Assembly (NCBI RefSeq): GCF_963921235.1
Contig: NC_086105.1
Span: 57,908,001-57,972,000 of the forward strand
DNA from: Mobula hypostoma
Lineage: Eukaryota
Direction: 5' to 3'
DNA length: 64,000 nt
Under the pieces are notes generated by a model. The model ran no database searches. It was not told the origin of the DNA and worked only from the letters and a program-made list of their open reading frames with translations. This document shows, piece after piece, positions 25,660 to 38,384 of the stretch (positions within the stretch are counted from its first letter, which is position 1; each line of letters starts with the position of its first letter). Position numbers and translations under genes: made by a program.

Positions 25660-26660
25660 TAGGGAGTGAACAGGACTGAAGACTGAGATGTTAATAGGTG
25701 AATATTTTGGGATCAGTAATCATTGATCTATTAGTATTAAATTAGTTTTAGAAAGAGACAGGTTAAAGATCTGAATTTGGGCCAGACAAATTTTAATGAT
25801 ATTAGACAGGAACTTGAAAAAGTTGATTGGAGTAGGTTGCTTGTGGCAAAGGGACCACAGGCAAGTGTGAGGCATCTAATAGTGAGATATTGAGAGTTCA
25901 GGTTCTATACGTTCACGTTAGAGTGAAGGAAAAGGCTGGCAGGGATAGGAAACCCTGGATGAGGATGATTCTTAAGACTTAAGTCAAGAAAAATCAGGAA
26001 GCATAAGTCAAGTACTGGCAGCTGGGATCAAATGAGTTCCTGGAGGAGTATAAGGGAGGTATACTCAAGAAGGAAATCAGAAGGGCAAAAACAGAGATGA
26101 AATAATGTTGGCAGAGATGGTTCAGGAGAATTCAAAGAGATTTTATAAGTTTATTAAGGGAAAAAATTGGGAGAAAATAGGGACTATCAAAGCCCGAAGT
26201 GGATATTTTGTGTGTCCGCAGTCCCAATGTATAGGACCCAAGGAGTAGGATATGGATATGGACATTACATGCAGAAGGGTACTAAGACTTAAGACAATTA
26301 ATGGGGATGTCTTGGGGATAGTTGTCATAAGAGCAGAGGAGTTACTCGATGTCTTGAAACATATAAAGATACATGAATCTCCAGTGTCTGTTCAGGTATA
26401 TCTAAGGACACTTTGGGAAGCTTGAAGAAATTGTCGGAGCCCAGGCTGAGATACATGCATCACCCTTAGCAAAGGGGACGTGATGGAGGGTGGCAAATGT
26501 TGTGGATTCATTTATGTTACTGAAGAGGATTCTGAAAAATGAGACATACAAGGTAAAAAGACAAAGATTGATTACTGAATGGCAGCAGGGCTTTGTTCAT
26601 AGGAAATCACATCTTACAAATCCAACCATTGAAGAATTAACCAAGAAGTGGATGAGGGTT
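25660..26660 (+). mobile_element. Decayed CR1 ORF2 fragment
   Basis: ENSKRFYKFIKGK and QQGFVHRKSHLTN segments. Confidence 0.7.
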
Positions 26661-27304
26661 AAAAAAAGTGCTGATGAAAATTTTTTTTTGTCAAGTTTAT
26701 TGATCAGGAATCTGTGTTTTGGAGCAATAAACAAGATGATGGATGTACTAATGGAGTCAGGCTGGTCTCCTGTGGAAAATAAGTGCAGTTATTGTCTCAG
26801 AATGAGTCTTTTCATGTAGGCTTTTTCACCTCTATGACTTCCCTCCACAGGTGTTTCCTAACCTGATGTGCCTTTGGCATCTTGTGTGTTGCTCCAGTTT
26901 CCAGCATCTGCCGTCTCCTTTTAAGGAGTCTTACCTTTTTGTAGATGAAGATACAATAAAAATTTCAAATTTTACCATAAGTAATTCTAGAAAACTGCTG
27001 TTTTATGCAATAGAATGTGTCCTATGAAAGATGCTGTAAACACTTTTGGAAATAGTATAATATCAGAAAAGTCTCTTTATTTAGTCTAGTATAGCCAAAG
27101 GTGTATTGTGATAGAAATCTACCTGATTCCTGATATGGAAGCCCTCTGGAGAAGGCCATGTAGATATGAGCTTCACCCAGACCACAATAGATAGGAATGT
27201 TGTGCACAAAACATTGGTATATCCATACCCAAACTTTCTGCTTACAAGAAGCATAATTTTGATGTTACTTTTGCCTCCTGAACATAATGACATTTCCTAG
27301 AACA

Positions 27305-27827
27305 TCTTTTGGGACAAGAAGAGGGTCCACAGGAGGTTCACAAGGATGATTCCAGAAATGAAAGGGTTATCATACAAGGAATGTTTGATGGCTCTGGATC
27401 TGTACTCGCTGGAATTCAGAAGGATGAGAGGGATCTCATTGAAACATTTGGAATCTTGAAAAGCCTAGACAGGGTAGATGTGAAAAGGATATTTCCCATG
27501 ATGGAAGAGTCGAGGACAAGAGGACACAGCTTCAAGATAGAGAGGCTCCCTTTCAAAACAGAGATGCGGAGACATTTTTTTAGCCACAGGGTGGTGAATT
27601 TGTGGAATTTTTGCCACATGCAGTTGTTGGGCCAGGTTGTTGGATACATTTAAGGGAGAGATTGATAGGTTCTTGATTGGACATGGCATCAAAGGTTACG
27701 GGGAGAAGGCCGGGAACTGGGGTTCAGGAGGAGATAGAAAAAAGGATCAGCCATGATTGAATGGCGGAGCAGACTCGATGGGCCAGATGGCCTAATTCTG
27801 CTCCTATGTCTTATCATCTTATGGTCT
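27305..27827 (+). mobile_element. CR1 3' end
   Basis: ORF 27309-27653 has DLIETF, SRTRGHS, FFSHRVVNLWN; (TCTTATGG)-type tail. Confidence 0.9.
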
Positions 27828-28039
27828 AAGAAGGAAATCAAGCATTGAACAATCTGCATCAGGATTTTCAAGACAAAATGTATGGGTAATTCCTTTGTTT
27901 AATCAGATTGTTTATTATTTCCGAAAGTGCAGGAATTCATAGTCATACTTTACATGGTATAACCCCATCCAGTGGCCTTTTTGTAGCAACTTCCTACTTT
28001 TAGAGGCTTCTGATTTCTTACATATCCTCTCCATCAGGC

Positions 28040-28655
28040 TATCACGCCTTTCCACTCTCAGCTCTGATGCAGAGATTCGACCTGAAATGTGAATAATTCC
28101 TTTTCCACTACAGATGCTGCTCGATCCCTTGAGTTCATCCAGTCTGTTGCTCCAGGTTCTAGCATCTGTTGTCTCATGTATCTCTATCAGAAGTTAAATG
28201 CCTTTTCTACAGAGTTCTTTAAACTTTAGCGGAAACCCAAGCAAAATGCCAAAGAACCTTCTTAGTGCAGAGCGATTGAAGTGATGGCTGTACATTTCAG
28301 CCATTCCTTTCTCTGACATTCATCTGTAATAATGTATTTCCAGTCTTCAGACTCCTTCAGTCCTTTATCACTTACACTTATCACTTCCAGTTTCTCACAT
28401 AATTCCTGGTCATCCACCCACCCACCTTCCCCCTCACGTGGTCCCACATATCATCTACCATCTTGCTATCGTCCGTTTCCTATCCCTTGTTCTTTATCTG
28501 GTTTCTGCCTCCTTCATTTCAGTCCTGATGATGGATCATGGCCCAAAAAGTTGACTGTTTAATACCCTCCATTGAAGCTGCCTGACTTGTTGGGCTCCTC
28601 TGGCATTTTGCTTGAGTTGTCCAAGTTTTGCAGCAACTACAGAATATCTTGTATT
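28040..28655 (+). mobile_element. Two decayed PLE terminal repeats
   Basis: Degenerate hammerhead cores at ~28060-28095 and 28520-28557, each followed by the PLE end sequence. Confidence 0.65.
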
Positions 28656-28874
28656 AAATCCCAGACTTAATTGATCTTCCCTTCCTACTGCTTCAATGTT
28701 ACAGTGCGTGAACTGGCATGATAGGTAACTGTTAATCTGTGAGCAATACACTACCATCAGGGAAACCACAAACTAGTTCATTGCTTTTATACTCAAAAGG
28801 AAAAGTGCTTCAATTTAATACAGATAAACGACTAACAGCTTAGAAATTTGCACTGCCTTTTCCTGGCTCCCTTA

Positions 28875-29920
28875 ATTCCCTCAGGAGGAGGAGGTTGGTG
28901 TTCCATCTGCCAAGGCGTTCATCCGCTGTTGTCAGTGGACACAGAGGTGCACTCGCTCTGCCCTTCTCCGTGCCTCTGCTAGGTTCAGGCGTCAAGCTGA
29001 CCACCATCATGCCAAGGCCCACGTTACCGCCATGGACAGCATGTGTGGCATTCAACCCGAGACCTGCCCCTCACGATGGATTCCCACAAGCTCATTGGCC
29101 CCTTTCCCATCGCTAAAGTCATCAGCCCTGCTGCCATCTGTTTCAAGCTCCCCTCCACTCTCCGCTGCATTCATCCCACTTTCTGTGTCCCACATGTGTC
29201 CTGTCTCCAAACCACCACCACCCCTCCACGGCTCATCGATGGGGCAGAGGCTTTCACGGTGTGTCGACTGCTGGACGTTTGTCGCCGGGGCCATGGCCTC
29301 CAGTATCTTGTGGACTGGGAGGGCTACGGTGCTGAGGAGAGGTGCTGGATCCCCACCTGTAACATTCTGGATCCCTCTCTCATCAGGGACTTTCATTGCC
29401 ACCACACAGCTCTACCTGCCATGATGCCAGGAGGTGTCTGTGGGGGGGGGGCGGGGGGGGGTACTGTCAGTACCTTCAGTTGAACTTTGTCTCTTTGTGT
29501 GTTTTTCCCCCAACTGTCAGCCTGTGGTTTTGTATTGCCATGTGCTCCAGTCCCCACTCCTGCTGTAATCCGGCCCCTGTATTACTGAGTACTCCATCTC
29601 TCACCTGTTTCTCATTATTACCTGTACTGCTGCCACCTGTGTCTCATTGTGCTCCACCTATCATCTGCCTCTGTGTATTGCTCAGTGTATTTCAGTCCTG
29701 TGTTTTCACCTGTTTGTTGCCAGATTGTTCCAATGAATTTTCCCGAGCCTTTTCAGCATTCATATCTGTACTCTGTCCATCTGAATATCGACTCTGCCTG
29801 TTTCCCGATTCTGGTTTTTGGATTTCTCTGGATATTTTGATCTCTGCCTGAACTTTGACGCTGACTTTGTTTGCACCTCGGGATTTGTTACTCAATTAAT
29901 ATCACAGTGTGCACAGTACT
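28875..29920 (+). mobile_element. Chromovirus (Gypsy) integrase C-terminus, chromodomain, PPT and partial 3' LTR
   Basis: ORF 29043-29483 has IGPFPI..IHPTF and LLDVCRRGHGLQYLVDWEGYGAEERCW; G-run PPT + TAC, then TGTCAG at 29465. Confidence 0.9.
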
Positions 29921-29924
29921 ATTA

Positions 29925-31090
29925 ATATATATGGATTTCAGCAAGGCATTTGACAACGTACCCCATGCAAGACTTATTGAGAAAGTAAGGAGACATGGGC
30001 TCCAAGGGGATATTGCTTTGTGCATCCAGATCTGGCTTGCCCAAAGAAGGCAAATATTGGTTGTAGATGGGTCATATTCTGCATGGAGGTCGGTGACAGT
30101 TGGTGTGCATCAGGGATCTGTTCTGGGACCCTTGCTCTTCGTGATTTTTATAAATGAACTGGATGAGGAGGTGGAGGGAAGGGTTAGTAAGTTTGCTGAT
30201 GACACAATGGTTGGAGGTGTTGTGGATAGTGTGGAGGGCTGTCAGAGGTTACAGCGGGACGTTGATAGGATGCAAAACTGGGCTGAGAAGTGGTAGATGG
30301 AGTTCAACCCAGATAAGTGTGAAGTGGTTCATTTTTTGTAGGTCAAATATGATAGCAGAATATGGTATTAATGGTAGGACTCTTGGCAGTGTGGAGGATC
30401 AGAGGGATCTTGGGGTCCGAGTCCATAGGACGCTCAAAGCAGCTGTGCAGGTTGACTATGTGGTTAAGGAGGCATATGGTGTATTGGCCTTCATTAATCC
30501 TGGAATTGAATTTAGGAGCCGAGAGGTAATGTTGCAGCTATATAGGACCCTGGTCAGACCCCACTTGAAGTACTGTGCTCAGTTCTGGTCGCCTCACTAC
30601 AGGAAGGATGTGGAAGCCACAGAAAGGGTGCAGAGGAGAGTTACAAGAATGTGGCCTGGATTGGGGAGCATGCCTTATGAAAACAAGTTGAGTAAACTCG
30701 GCCTTTTCTCCTTGGAGAGACGGAGGATGAGTGGTGACCTGATAGAGGTGTGTAAGGTGATGAAAGGCATTGATCATGTGGATAGTCAGAGGCTTTTTCC
30801 CAGAGCTGAAATGATTGCTACAAGAGGACACAGATTTAAGGTGCTGGGGAGTAGGTACAGAGGAGATGTCGGGGTAAATTTTTTACGCAGAGATTGGTGA
30901 GCGCATGGAATAGGCTGCCAGCAACAGTGGTGGGGGCAGATACGATAGGGTCTTTTAAGAGACTTTTGGATAGGTACATGGAGCTTGCAATCATAGAGGG
31001 CTATTAGTAATCCTAGTAATTTCTAAGGTAGGGACATGTTCGGTATGACTCTGTGGGCCGAAGGGCCTGTATTGTGCTGTAGGTTTTCTG
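29925..31090 (+). mobile_element. CR1 RT region and 3' end
   Basis: DFSKAFD, QGSVLGPLLF, KFADDT, LVRPHLKYC in ORFs 29871-30296 and 30154-30900. Confidence 0.95.
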
Positions 31091-32514
31091 CTGCTAGTGG
31101 TTTGTGATTGGATCCCTTCTCCAGCGTCCTGACACTTGGCTTCCTCAAGGTGTGTTTTGATTTAGTCTTTTACACCTTATACGCAATTCCTTTTCTTTCG
31201 TGTCTAAATTCACTACCCCTCTCAAAATTCCATATTACCTTATCTTGCCGCTTTGGCCTTCCTTCTCACTGTAAGCATACCTGCCTTGTCCGCTGTGTGG
31301 TTGGTTTTTAACAACTTTCAAATGTCAGGCCTGGACTCCTCTTAAAAACAGCTGTTACAACTTAACTCGCCCTAGTTCTTGCCTAATTCTCTCATAATTT
31401 TCCCTGCTCCAATTTTATACTATCATACAAGGTTCATATTTATCCTTACTCTTTCATATCTTATAACTTAGAGTCATGATCACTATTCCCTAAATGTTAT
31501 CCCAAAGAAAGATTAGTTACTTATCAGTATCAAGTCTAGTTTGGTCCCTCAGCTCATTGAAATATCTATATATTGATTTAAGAACTTCCTTGATGCTCCT
31601 AACAAATTCCTCCTCATCTCAAACCCTTGCACAAAGAGGTCTCAGTCTGCTGTATATTAGGGAAGTTGAGGTCACTCACTACAACAATCACATTGATTTA
31701 CATTTTTCCATAACCTGTGTAGTGTATTTGTTTCTATGCACCCCTTTAACTATGGCAGGGGAGTGGGGTGGTAATTGAGTGGTATAGCCTGTAGTATAAT
31801 CCCATCAGAGTGATTGCATATTTCTTATTTTTTAATTTGTAGGATGGTCAAGATTCAGTATCCACTGCAGTCTGCACTCTTGCTGACACAGTCTCTGAAG
31901 GTGAATTAGTCTATTTGTAGTTCATGCTCATTGTGTCATAATTTACATTACCATTTCTCTCTCTAGAAGGCTGATATAGATTTCCAGTGATATTTTGGCA
32001 TGTCTGCACTGCACAACACGTAGTGGTGCACTGTCTAAAACAGCACACAAATCTTCAGCTTTGTTCTAACCAGACACTTACGCAGCTGCAACAAATCTTG
32101 TATCCTTCAGGTTTGCCTTTGCACTTATTTCCTGTATCAACTCATGATTCAGGAAAACTCTTTTAGTTGGGGATACTCAGGATATTGGTGGTCTGCACAA
32201 ATAGAAATTTTTTGGAGTATCGATGTTATTCTATGAGTATTTCATTCTATGTTTAATTCACTTTTTCTTTGTGTTAATAATGAATGTTCCAGTAAAGCAC
32301 AAATTTAAAGAGGACACTGGTAAAGGAACCAGGGAGTTTAAAGAGCAGTGGAACTGGGGCTCTGAGCAGTGAGGGTGCCAAGCAACCAGGGTACTGCTAA
32401 GTGGAGGGGAGTGTGGCACCTCGTGAACTTGTCTTCACAAATTTTTACAAATTTTGGCTTTGAGATTATTTTATCAGGTTAAAGTCCATGATTGTCTCTT
32501 TACCTACAAAAGGA

Positions 32515-32920
32515 CCATAACCTTCTTGTGGCTTGGAGGCCTGCATGCCTCGATGACTTGGAGAGGTATGTTGGCTGGACTCAGGACTTTATACTTTGGT
32601 TCTTGGTAGAACCACACATGCCTGAGAGGTCAAAGGGTAGAGGCCAGACTAAGTGTGCTCCACTAATCCTCCAGGTTCCTGGGTTATTTCAGGGCTTACT
32701 ACACTGACTGATAAAATAAAGTTGTTATAGAAACAGCAATGAAGAATCCTTCTACATCTGAGAGCATTGGCATTCCGGAGTCTCCAGCCAGGACTTGCAT
32801 GACAGACAGTGATGAAAACTAAGAGGAAGGTACTGACATGATGAAGGAAGCCCAAAACATGACCAGAGATGGAGGAACTTCATTGCAGCTGTAAATGCCA
32901 GTGGTTAATGGGCAGTAAGT
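32515..32920 (+). mobile_element. Short non-autonomous RTE derivative
   Basis: RTE-like 5' part; 3' end CAGAGATGGAGGAACTTCATTGCAGCTGTAAATGCC matches the RTE end at ~25597-25632. Confidence 0.6.
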
Positions 32921-33687
32921 TATCTGTTTAGCAGTTCCATTGGAGGATGGATTTTTCACCCCAGAGATTTAACTCACTGTCAATAGAAGCAGAACTGCTC
33001 ATCATATTTAAAATGTGTTCCTGCAGGGCTCCAGACTCCCCAGTGCTAGAAGATGAGATAATTATAGGTAGTCTTGTTGTTGACTGACGTGAACATAATG
33101 AGTCAAATAACTCTTCATGCATCATTAGTTGTCTATTAATCTATAATCAGAAACAGATTGTTATTTTCATGTTTTACTAAGTAAAATACCAACCCAGAAT
33201 ATAGCCCTGGGTAGCTAAATGACAAAGGATTTTACTTGTACTTAGCTGTATGGATAAAGTAGACATATTTGATCTACTTCCATTCAAATTCTCATCCATA
33301 ACTGTAATAAGCAGGCTTCAAATACTAAACACTCTGCTGGAGGAACACAGCAGGTCGAGTAATGTCTGTGGTGGTGGGGGGGAGTGGGGAAGGAATTTTG
33401 TCTGTTTTTGGGTTGAAACCCTATGGAGGCTTGCAGAACATGACCCAGTTCAGTGTTTACGTAGAATGAGACAAAAAAAAATCCTTTCCATTCCTGGACT
33501 AAATGTTTAACACTGAGTTAACAGGCTTCCTTAGACTGAGAAATTTAAAATTTTAAATCTATGCCTTTAATTATGCCTTTTGAAAATAACTTGTCATTTT
33601 TTGGTTTCTAACTACCTCTCTTCATTTGAAGAAGCTTAATAGCTAGCTACATCTTTATTGCTCTAAATACCACAGTAAAGTTTGAAA

Positions 33688-33820
33688 CTTCCTGATGAAC
33701 CGTGTCAGCCTGAAATGCTGACTGTTCATTTCTCCATATAGCTGCTCCCTGAACAGTTGATTTCCTCCAGTATTTGTACATTGCTCAAAGATCCCAGCAT
33801 TTGCAGAATCTCTTGTGTCA
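33688..33820 (+). mobile_element. Decayed PLE terminal repeat
   Basis: CTGATGA..GAAA..GACTG followed by TTCCTCCAG..CAGCATTTGCAG. Confidence 0.6.
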
Positions 33821-34499
33821 AAGTCTGAAACTTACTGTACCAACCTCATATCCCTGCAAAACAAAAGGATCAACGTGTAATCAAGGTGAACAACCATGGC
33901 AAGTGCTTTCTGCTTATTTTACAGGGATGTCATGGAGATTGTGTCAAGTTGAGGAGAACAGCAGCTAAAAATGGTCTGGCACCTTTGTTAAGACAGTCCA
34001 AGTGCTTATAACTACCTGTAAAGGCAAACACTATTAAGTTTACCAGTGCAATTACTCACTCAGTTGGATGAGAATGCATACCCAGGAACTTTGACTTTCT
34101 TGTCATTGATGAACTCTATCTTCAGCTGGAGAAACTGTGAAGATTGCCCTAGCAATAAGCATTCTCTGTTTTCAACAACTTCAGTCTCACTCTAGGTGTA
34201 GCAAGGCTATCTACAGGACTGCGGTGAGAATGCCTTTCCTTTCCTGGGAGCTCCCTGAGAGAACACAGCGTAAGATTGAAGCATTATCTGAGTTTATGAG
34301 TGATGTTGGGAAATGTCCTGATGAAAGATTATCAACACTCCATCTCTCCATTGATGCTGACTGGGCCATTTTGCTTTCATTTTAGTCCACATAAAATTCC
34401 ATAACTTTCATTTTGCAGTGGTTTTAATGCAGGCGTGTCATAAATTGATTCCCAGTGGAACAGAATAAAATGAAATTTGTATTAAACAAAGCTTGGTCA

Positions 34500-35200
34500 A
34501 ATGCCTCTATCCGATCTCTACTCAGCCTTTGCCACTCCATTATTTTGTTCAACCTCTCCTTGTAGCACATGCTATCTAATCTGAGCAGCATCCTGGCAAA
34601 CCTCTTTGGCACTCTCTCCAATGCCTCCACATCCTTACGACAATAGGTTGACCAGAAACAAATGCAATAGTGGAGATGTGGAATATCCAGATTCTTATAA
34701 AGTTGCAATATAATGTCCTGACTCTTGAACTCAATACCTCAACTAATAAAAGCATCATACCATAAAAGCCTTCTTACACCATATCAACCATTTTCGGTGA
34801 GCAATTGAACTGGACCCCCAAGTCCCTCTGAACTAGAACAGACATCCCTAATAAACCACTAACCCTATTAAATGGTGCAACACCTCACACTTTACTGGAT
34901 TGAACTCCAGAATCAGAAGATCAGATTATCAGAGATAATACTCTGTCTGATATGGCATGAAATTTCTTGTTTTGCATCATTAGAATTCTATAACCTACTA
35001 AGATCAACAAATTAGGCAAAGAGAAGGAATAATGAGGTAGTGTTCATGGTATTGTGGATGTTCAGAAACATGAGGACAGAGAAGAAATGGCTGTTCTTCA
35101 ATAATTATATGTGGGTCTTCAGATGCCTGTACCTCTTCCTGACAGTAGAAAAGTGAAGAGGGCATGTCCCAGATGGTGAGGATCCTTAGTGCCTTTTTGA
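34500..35200 (-). mobile_element. CR1 fragment (34500-34905) and Rex1 3' end (34909-35200)
   Basis: ORF 34424-34708 has MQLYKNL..KDVEALERV; (ATTCTG)-type tail and decayed GRRY-like coding. Confidence 0.75.
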
Positions 35201-35324
35201 GGCTCTGTGTTTGGGCTGCTCTTTTGCCTAACTTGATCATGCTGATTGACTGTGTTGCTAAGAGGACTAGTCCCATCTGTCTTCATTTGGTCCACAGCCC
35301 TCTAAACCTCCTATATTCATGTAC

Positions 35325-36620
35325 GAAAACAACACACACAAAAATACGAGAGAAACACAACATTTCATGCAGCATCAATGGAGTGCAATGACCAGTTGAC
35401 ATATTGAGCCAAGCCCCTTGATCAAGTCCAGAAAGAAATGGGGCAAAAGCCAAATGAGAAGGTGAGGGCTGGAGAAGAAGTAGAAGCTGGAAGGTGATAG
35501 GTGAAACAAGGTGAGGGGGAAGTTGGGTGGGTAGCAGAGGGGAGATAATGTGAGAAGCTGGGTGGTGATGTTAGAAGAGGTAAGGGGCTGAAGAAGAAGG
35601 AATCTTATTGGAGAGGACAGCAGAACAAAGGGGACAGGATGAGGAATCAGGGGGAAGTAATGGGTAGGTCATGAGGTTAATGGAGTGAAGAGGCCAGAGA
35701 TGTGGAAGAAAAAGTAGGGTTACAAGAATTTGAATAAATCGATATTGATGCCATCAGGTTGGAGAGTACCACGATGGCTTATGAGATGTTGCTTCTCCAA
35801 TCTGCAGCTGGCCTCAACATAATCGAGGAACTCATGGTCAGTCATATTGGTGTGGGAATGGGAATGTGAATTGATATGGGTGGCCACCACGTAACAGTCC
35901 ACCAATCCATGTTAGGTCACATCAGTGTAGACCAAGCTGCACCGGCAGCTTTGGATACAATAGATGACCCCAAAAGACACACAGGTAAAATGCTGCTTCA
36001 CCTAGAAGGACTGTGAAGGGCCCTAAATGGTGGGGAGGTGGTGGGGGGAGAGGTGTAGGGTCAGTTGTAGTACCTGTCACAGTTGCAGGGGCGAGTACCT
36101 GGATTGGGAAGGGATGAGCATGGAAGGAAATCTCAGAAAGAGTGATCACTGTGGAGAGCAGAGAATGGAGGGGAAGAGGCTCGTGTGGTAGTATGTATGT
36201 CGGGGGGGCAGGTGGGATTGGGTGAGGGAAATCATGTAGGAAATGGGAAGAGATACAGGTGAGAACTGGATTAGAGCTAAAGGAACACACATAAAAGTTG
36301 CTGGTGAACACAGCAGGCCAGGCAGCATCTCTAGGAAGAGGTACAGTTGACGTTTCGGGCCCAGACATTCCAGCATCTGCAGATTTCCTCGTGCTTGCAT
36401 TAGAGCTGAAGGAAATGGGAGAGGGAATAGCATCCTTTCAAGCAATAAAGTGTGAAGAGATGTAGACAATGTAATTGTGAGATTCAATGGGTTTGTAAAA
36501 GATGTCAGAAGATAACCTATCTTTACAGATCAAGGCAGAGAGTCCAAGAATGCAAAGAGAGGTATTGGAGATGGACCAAGTATGTTTGCAGGCAGGATGG
36601 AAGTAGGAGGCAAAGATGAT
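35325..36620 (-). mobile_element. Penelope-like element, GIY-YIG endonuclease region and terminal repeat
   Basis: GPSQSF*VKQHFTCVSFGVIYCIQSCRCSLVY (~35922-36025) and LEKQHLI..GTLQPDGINID (ORF 35720-35905). Confidence 0.85.
36286..36398. mobile_element. 113-bp PLE-end insertion with internal inversion
   Basis: TSD ATTAGAGCT(A/G)AAGGAA at 36270-36285 and 36399-36414. Confidence 0.75.
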
Positions 36621-36839
36621 GAGACTTTACTATGCTTACCTATCACTGATTTGAGTTTAATTAAAAATCAAGTAGGAAATGCATGATACAATACAAAGAA
36701 AAAGGTGGAATTAATAGAAAAACATTGATAGATTGAACATGTAAAACTGTGTTTCAAATTGTTACTTACAATTTACTTAAAAAAGTATAAAGTACCACGT
36801 GTAAAATTAAATTTTCAGGGATAGTTTGGTGATCACTAA

Positions 36840-37430
36840 TAGAACATGGGACACAGAACAGGACAACACAGAATTAGGCCCTTTGTTTCTGACTGACCAG
36901 GCTGCAGATTTAAATTGCACATCTCCTTATATGATGCATATCCCCTCACTCTTTGCCTGTTCGTGAGGGTACTCAAATGCCTCTTAAATGTTGCAAATCA
37001 TACTTGTTTCCAGCACTTGCCTTGGTCACATGTTCCAGGCTCCTACCACTTTATGTAATAAAAGTTGCCTCATAAATCTCTTTTAAGCTTATTCCATCTC
37101 ATATTTTAAGCTGTTTAAAAATTACAGCTGGTAATAGGACTTGCAGTACCTACCCTATCTTTACCTCCCATAACTTCATATTTTGTAAGATTGCCCCCCA
37201 GCCTGCAATCTTCTGGAGAAAACAACACATTTGTCCAATCCCTTCATATAGCTAATACTTTCTATCCAGTACCAGACTGACAATGCTCATCTGTATTTCA
37301 CCAAAGCCTCCACATCTTTCTTGTAACGCAGTGACCAAAATTGCACACAGTACTCCAAATTCAGCTCTGTAAGAGTTTTATACGTTTACACTTTCATTTC
37401 CTGACCTTTATTTTCAACACCTCAATATGC
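36840..37430 (-). mobile_element. Decayed CR1 3' end
   Basis: Minus strand LEYCVQFWSLRYKKDVEAL plus CR1 3' UTR. Confidence 0.75.
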
Positions 37431-38384
37431 CATATGGATTAAAGATTCATCCTTGTTGGAAATAGAAGATCCATGACTTTTAAACTCTAATCCTTGCATT
37501 TTAACGCAATAAATCGTGAAATTACTGCAATTCTCAACTAATTTATGGACTTCACTGTTCATACTGTGGGCAGGGTCACCACATATAGTGATAGAATCGG
37601 ACAGCTTCCCCTCACTACTGAAGGAAAAAAATCAAGCTGACACCCTGCCCAAACTTCTGCACAATTTCTGAAATTGCTGCCGCATATGTTGGAGCTAGAA
37701 GTGGCTGTATTTGGAGGAGCCAATGTCAGGGCTCAGATGGGTAGTAAACAAGTCTGAAAAGTTCTATGTGAACCACTATAGTTCACAAGTCTGGCTGCCA
37801 TTACATGGCCTCAAACAAGCAATGAACAACCACCCAAATTACTCATTTATTTTTAAGGTTGACATCAACTAATCCTCCAATGACAAAGCATTTTATCAAA
37901 GCCACTCAATCCTTAAATGTTCATAAACTCAAAAGGTTCTGCATATGCTGGAAATTTGAAGCAACATGCACAAAATTGTGCAGCCTGTCTTGCTGGGTTC
38001 CTCTGGCATTTTTTGTGTGTTCCTCAAATGTTCAGTGAATGTTGCATCATCAGTATCATCACCTTTAACTCACACAAACATTATTGCCTGTGGCACTTCC
38101 ACTGTTCTATCTGAAGCTGATGCATGATGCTCTAACAGCTTGCAATCACAGGTGTGGAATGCAGCTTGTTTGCTTCTCTTAAGTACCAGAATTCCCCTTT
38201 TCAGTGTAAGACCTACTTAAAACAATTTACCATTTTCTTTTATTGACAGATAAGCAATGAAGGACAAACTTTTATGTATCTAGTTGGTGTCAAAGTTTAT
38301 GTATTTAGTCCTGAGAGACGAAGGCCTTAGTGCTGGCAGTGATTTGTGTGTTTGCTATACAGACAGGAACATATGTACATCTCC

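Noticed and set aside
31843-31900. Plus-strand 58-bp exon with AG/GT boundaries
   Set aside because: Acceptor appears to derive from antisense CR1 sequence; no other support.
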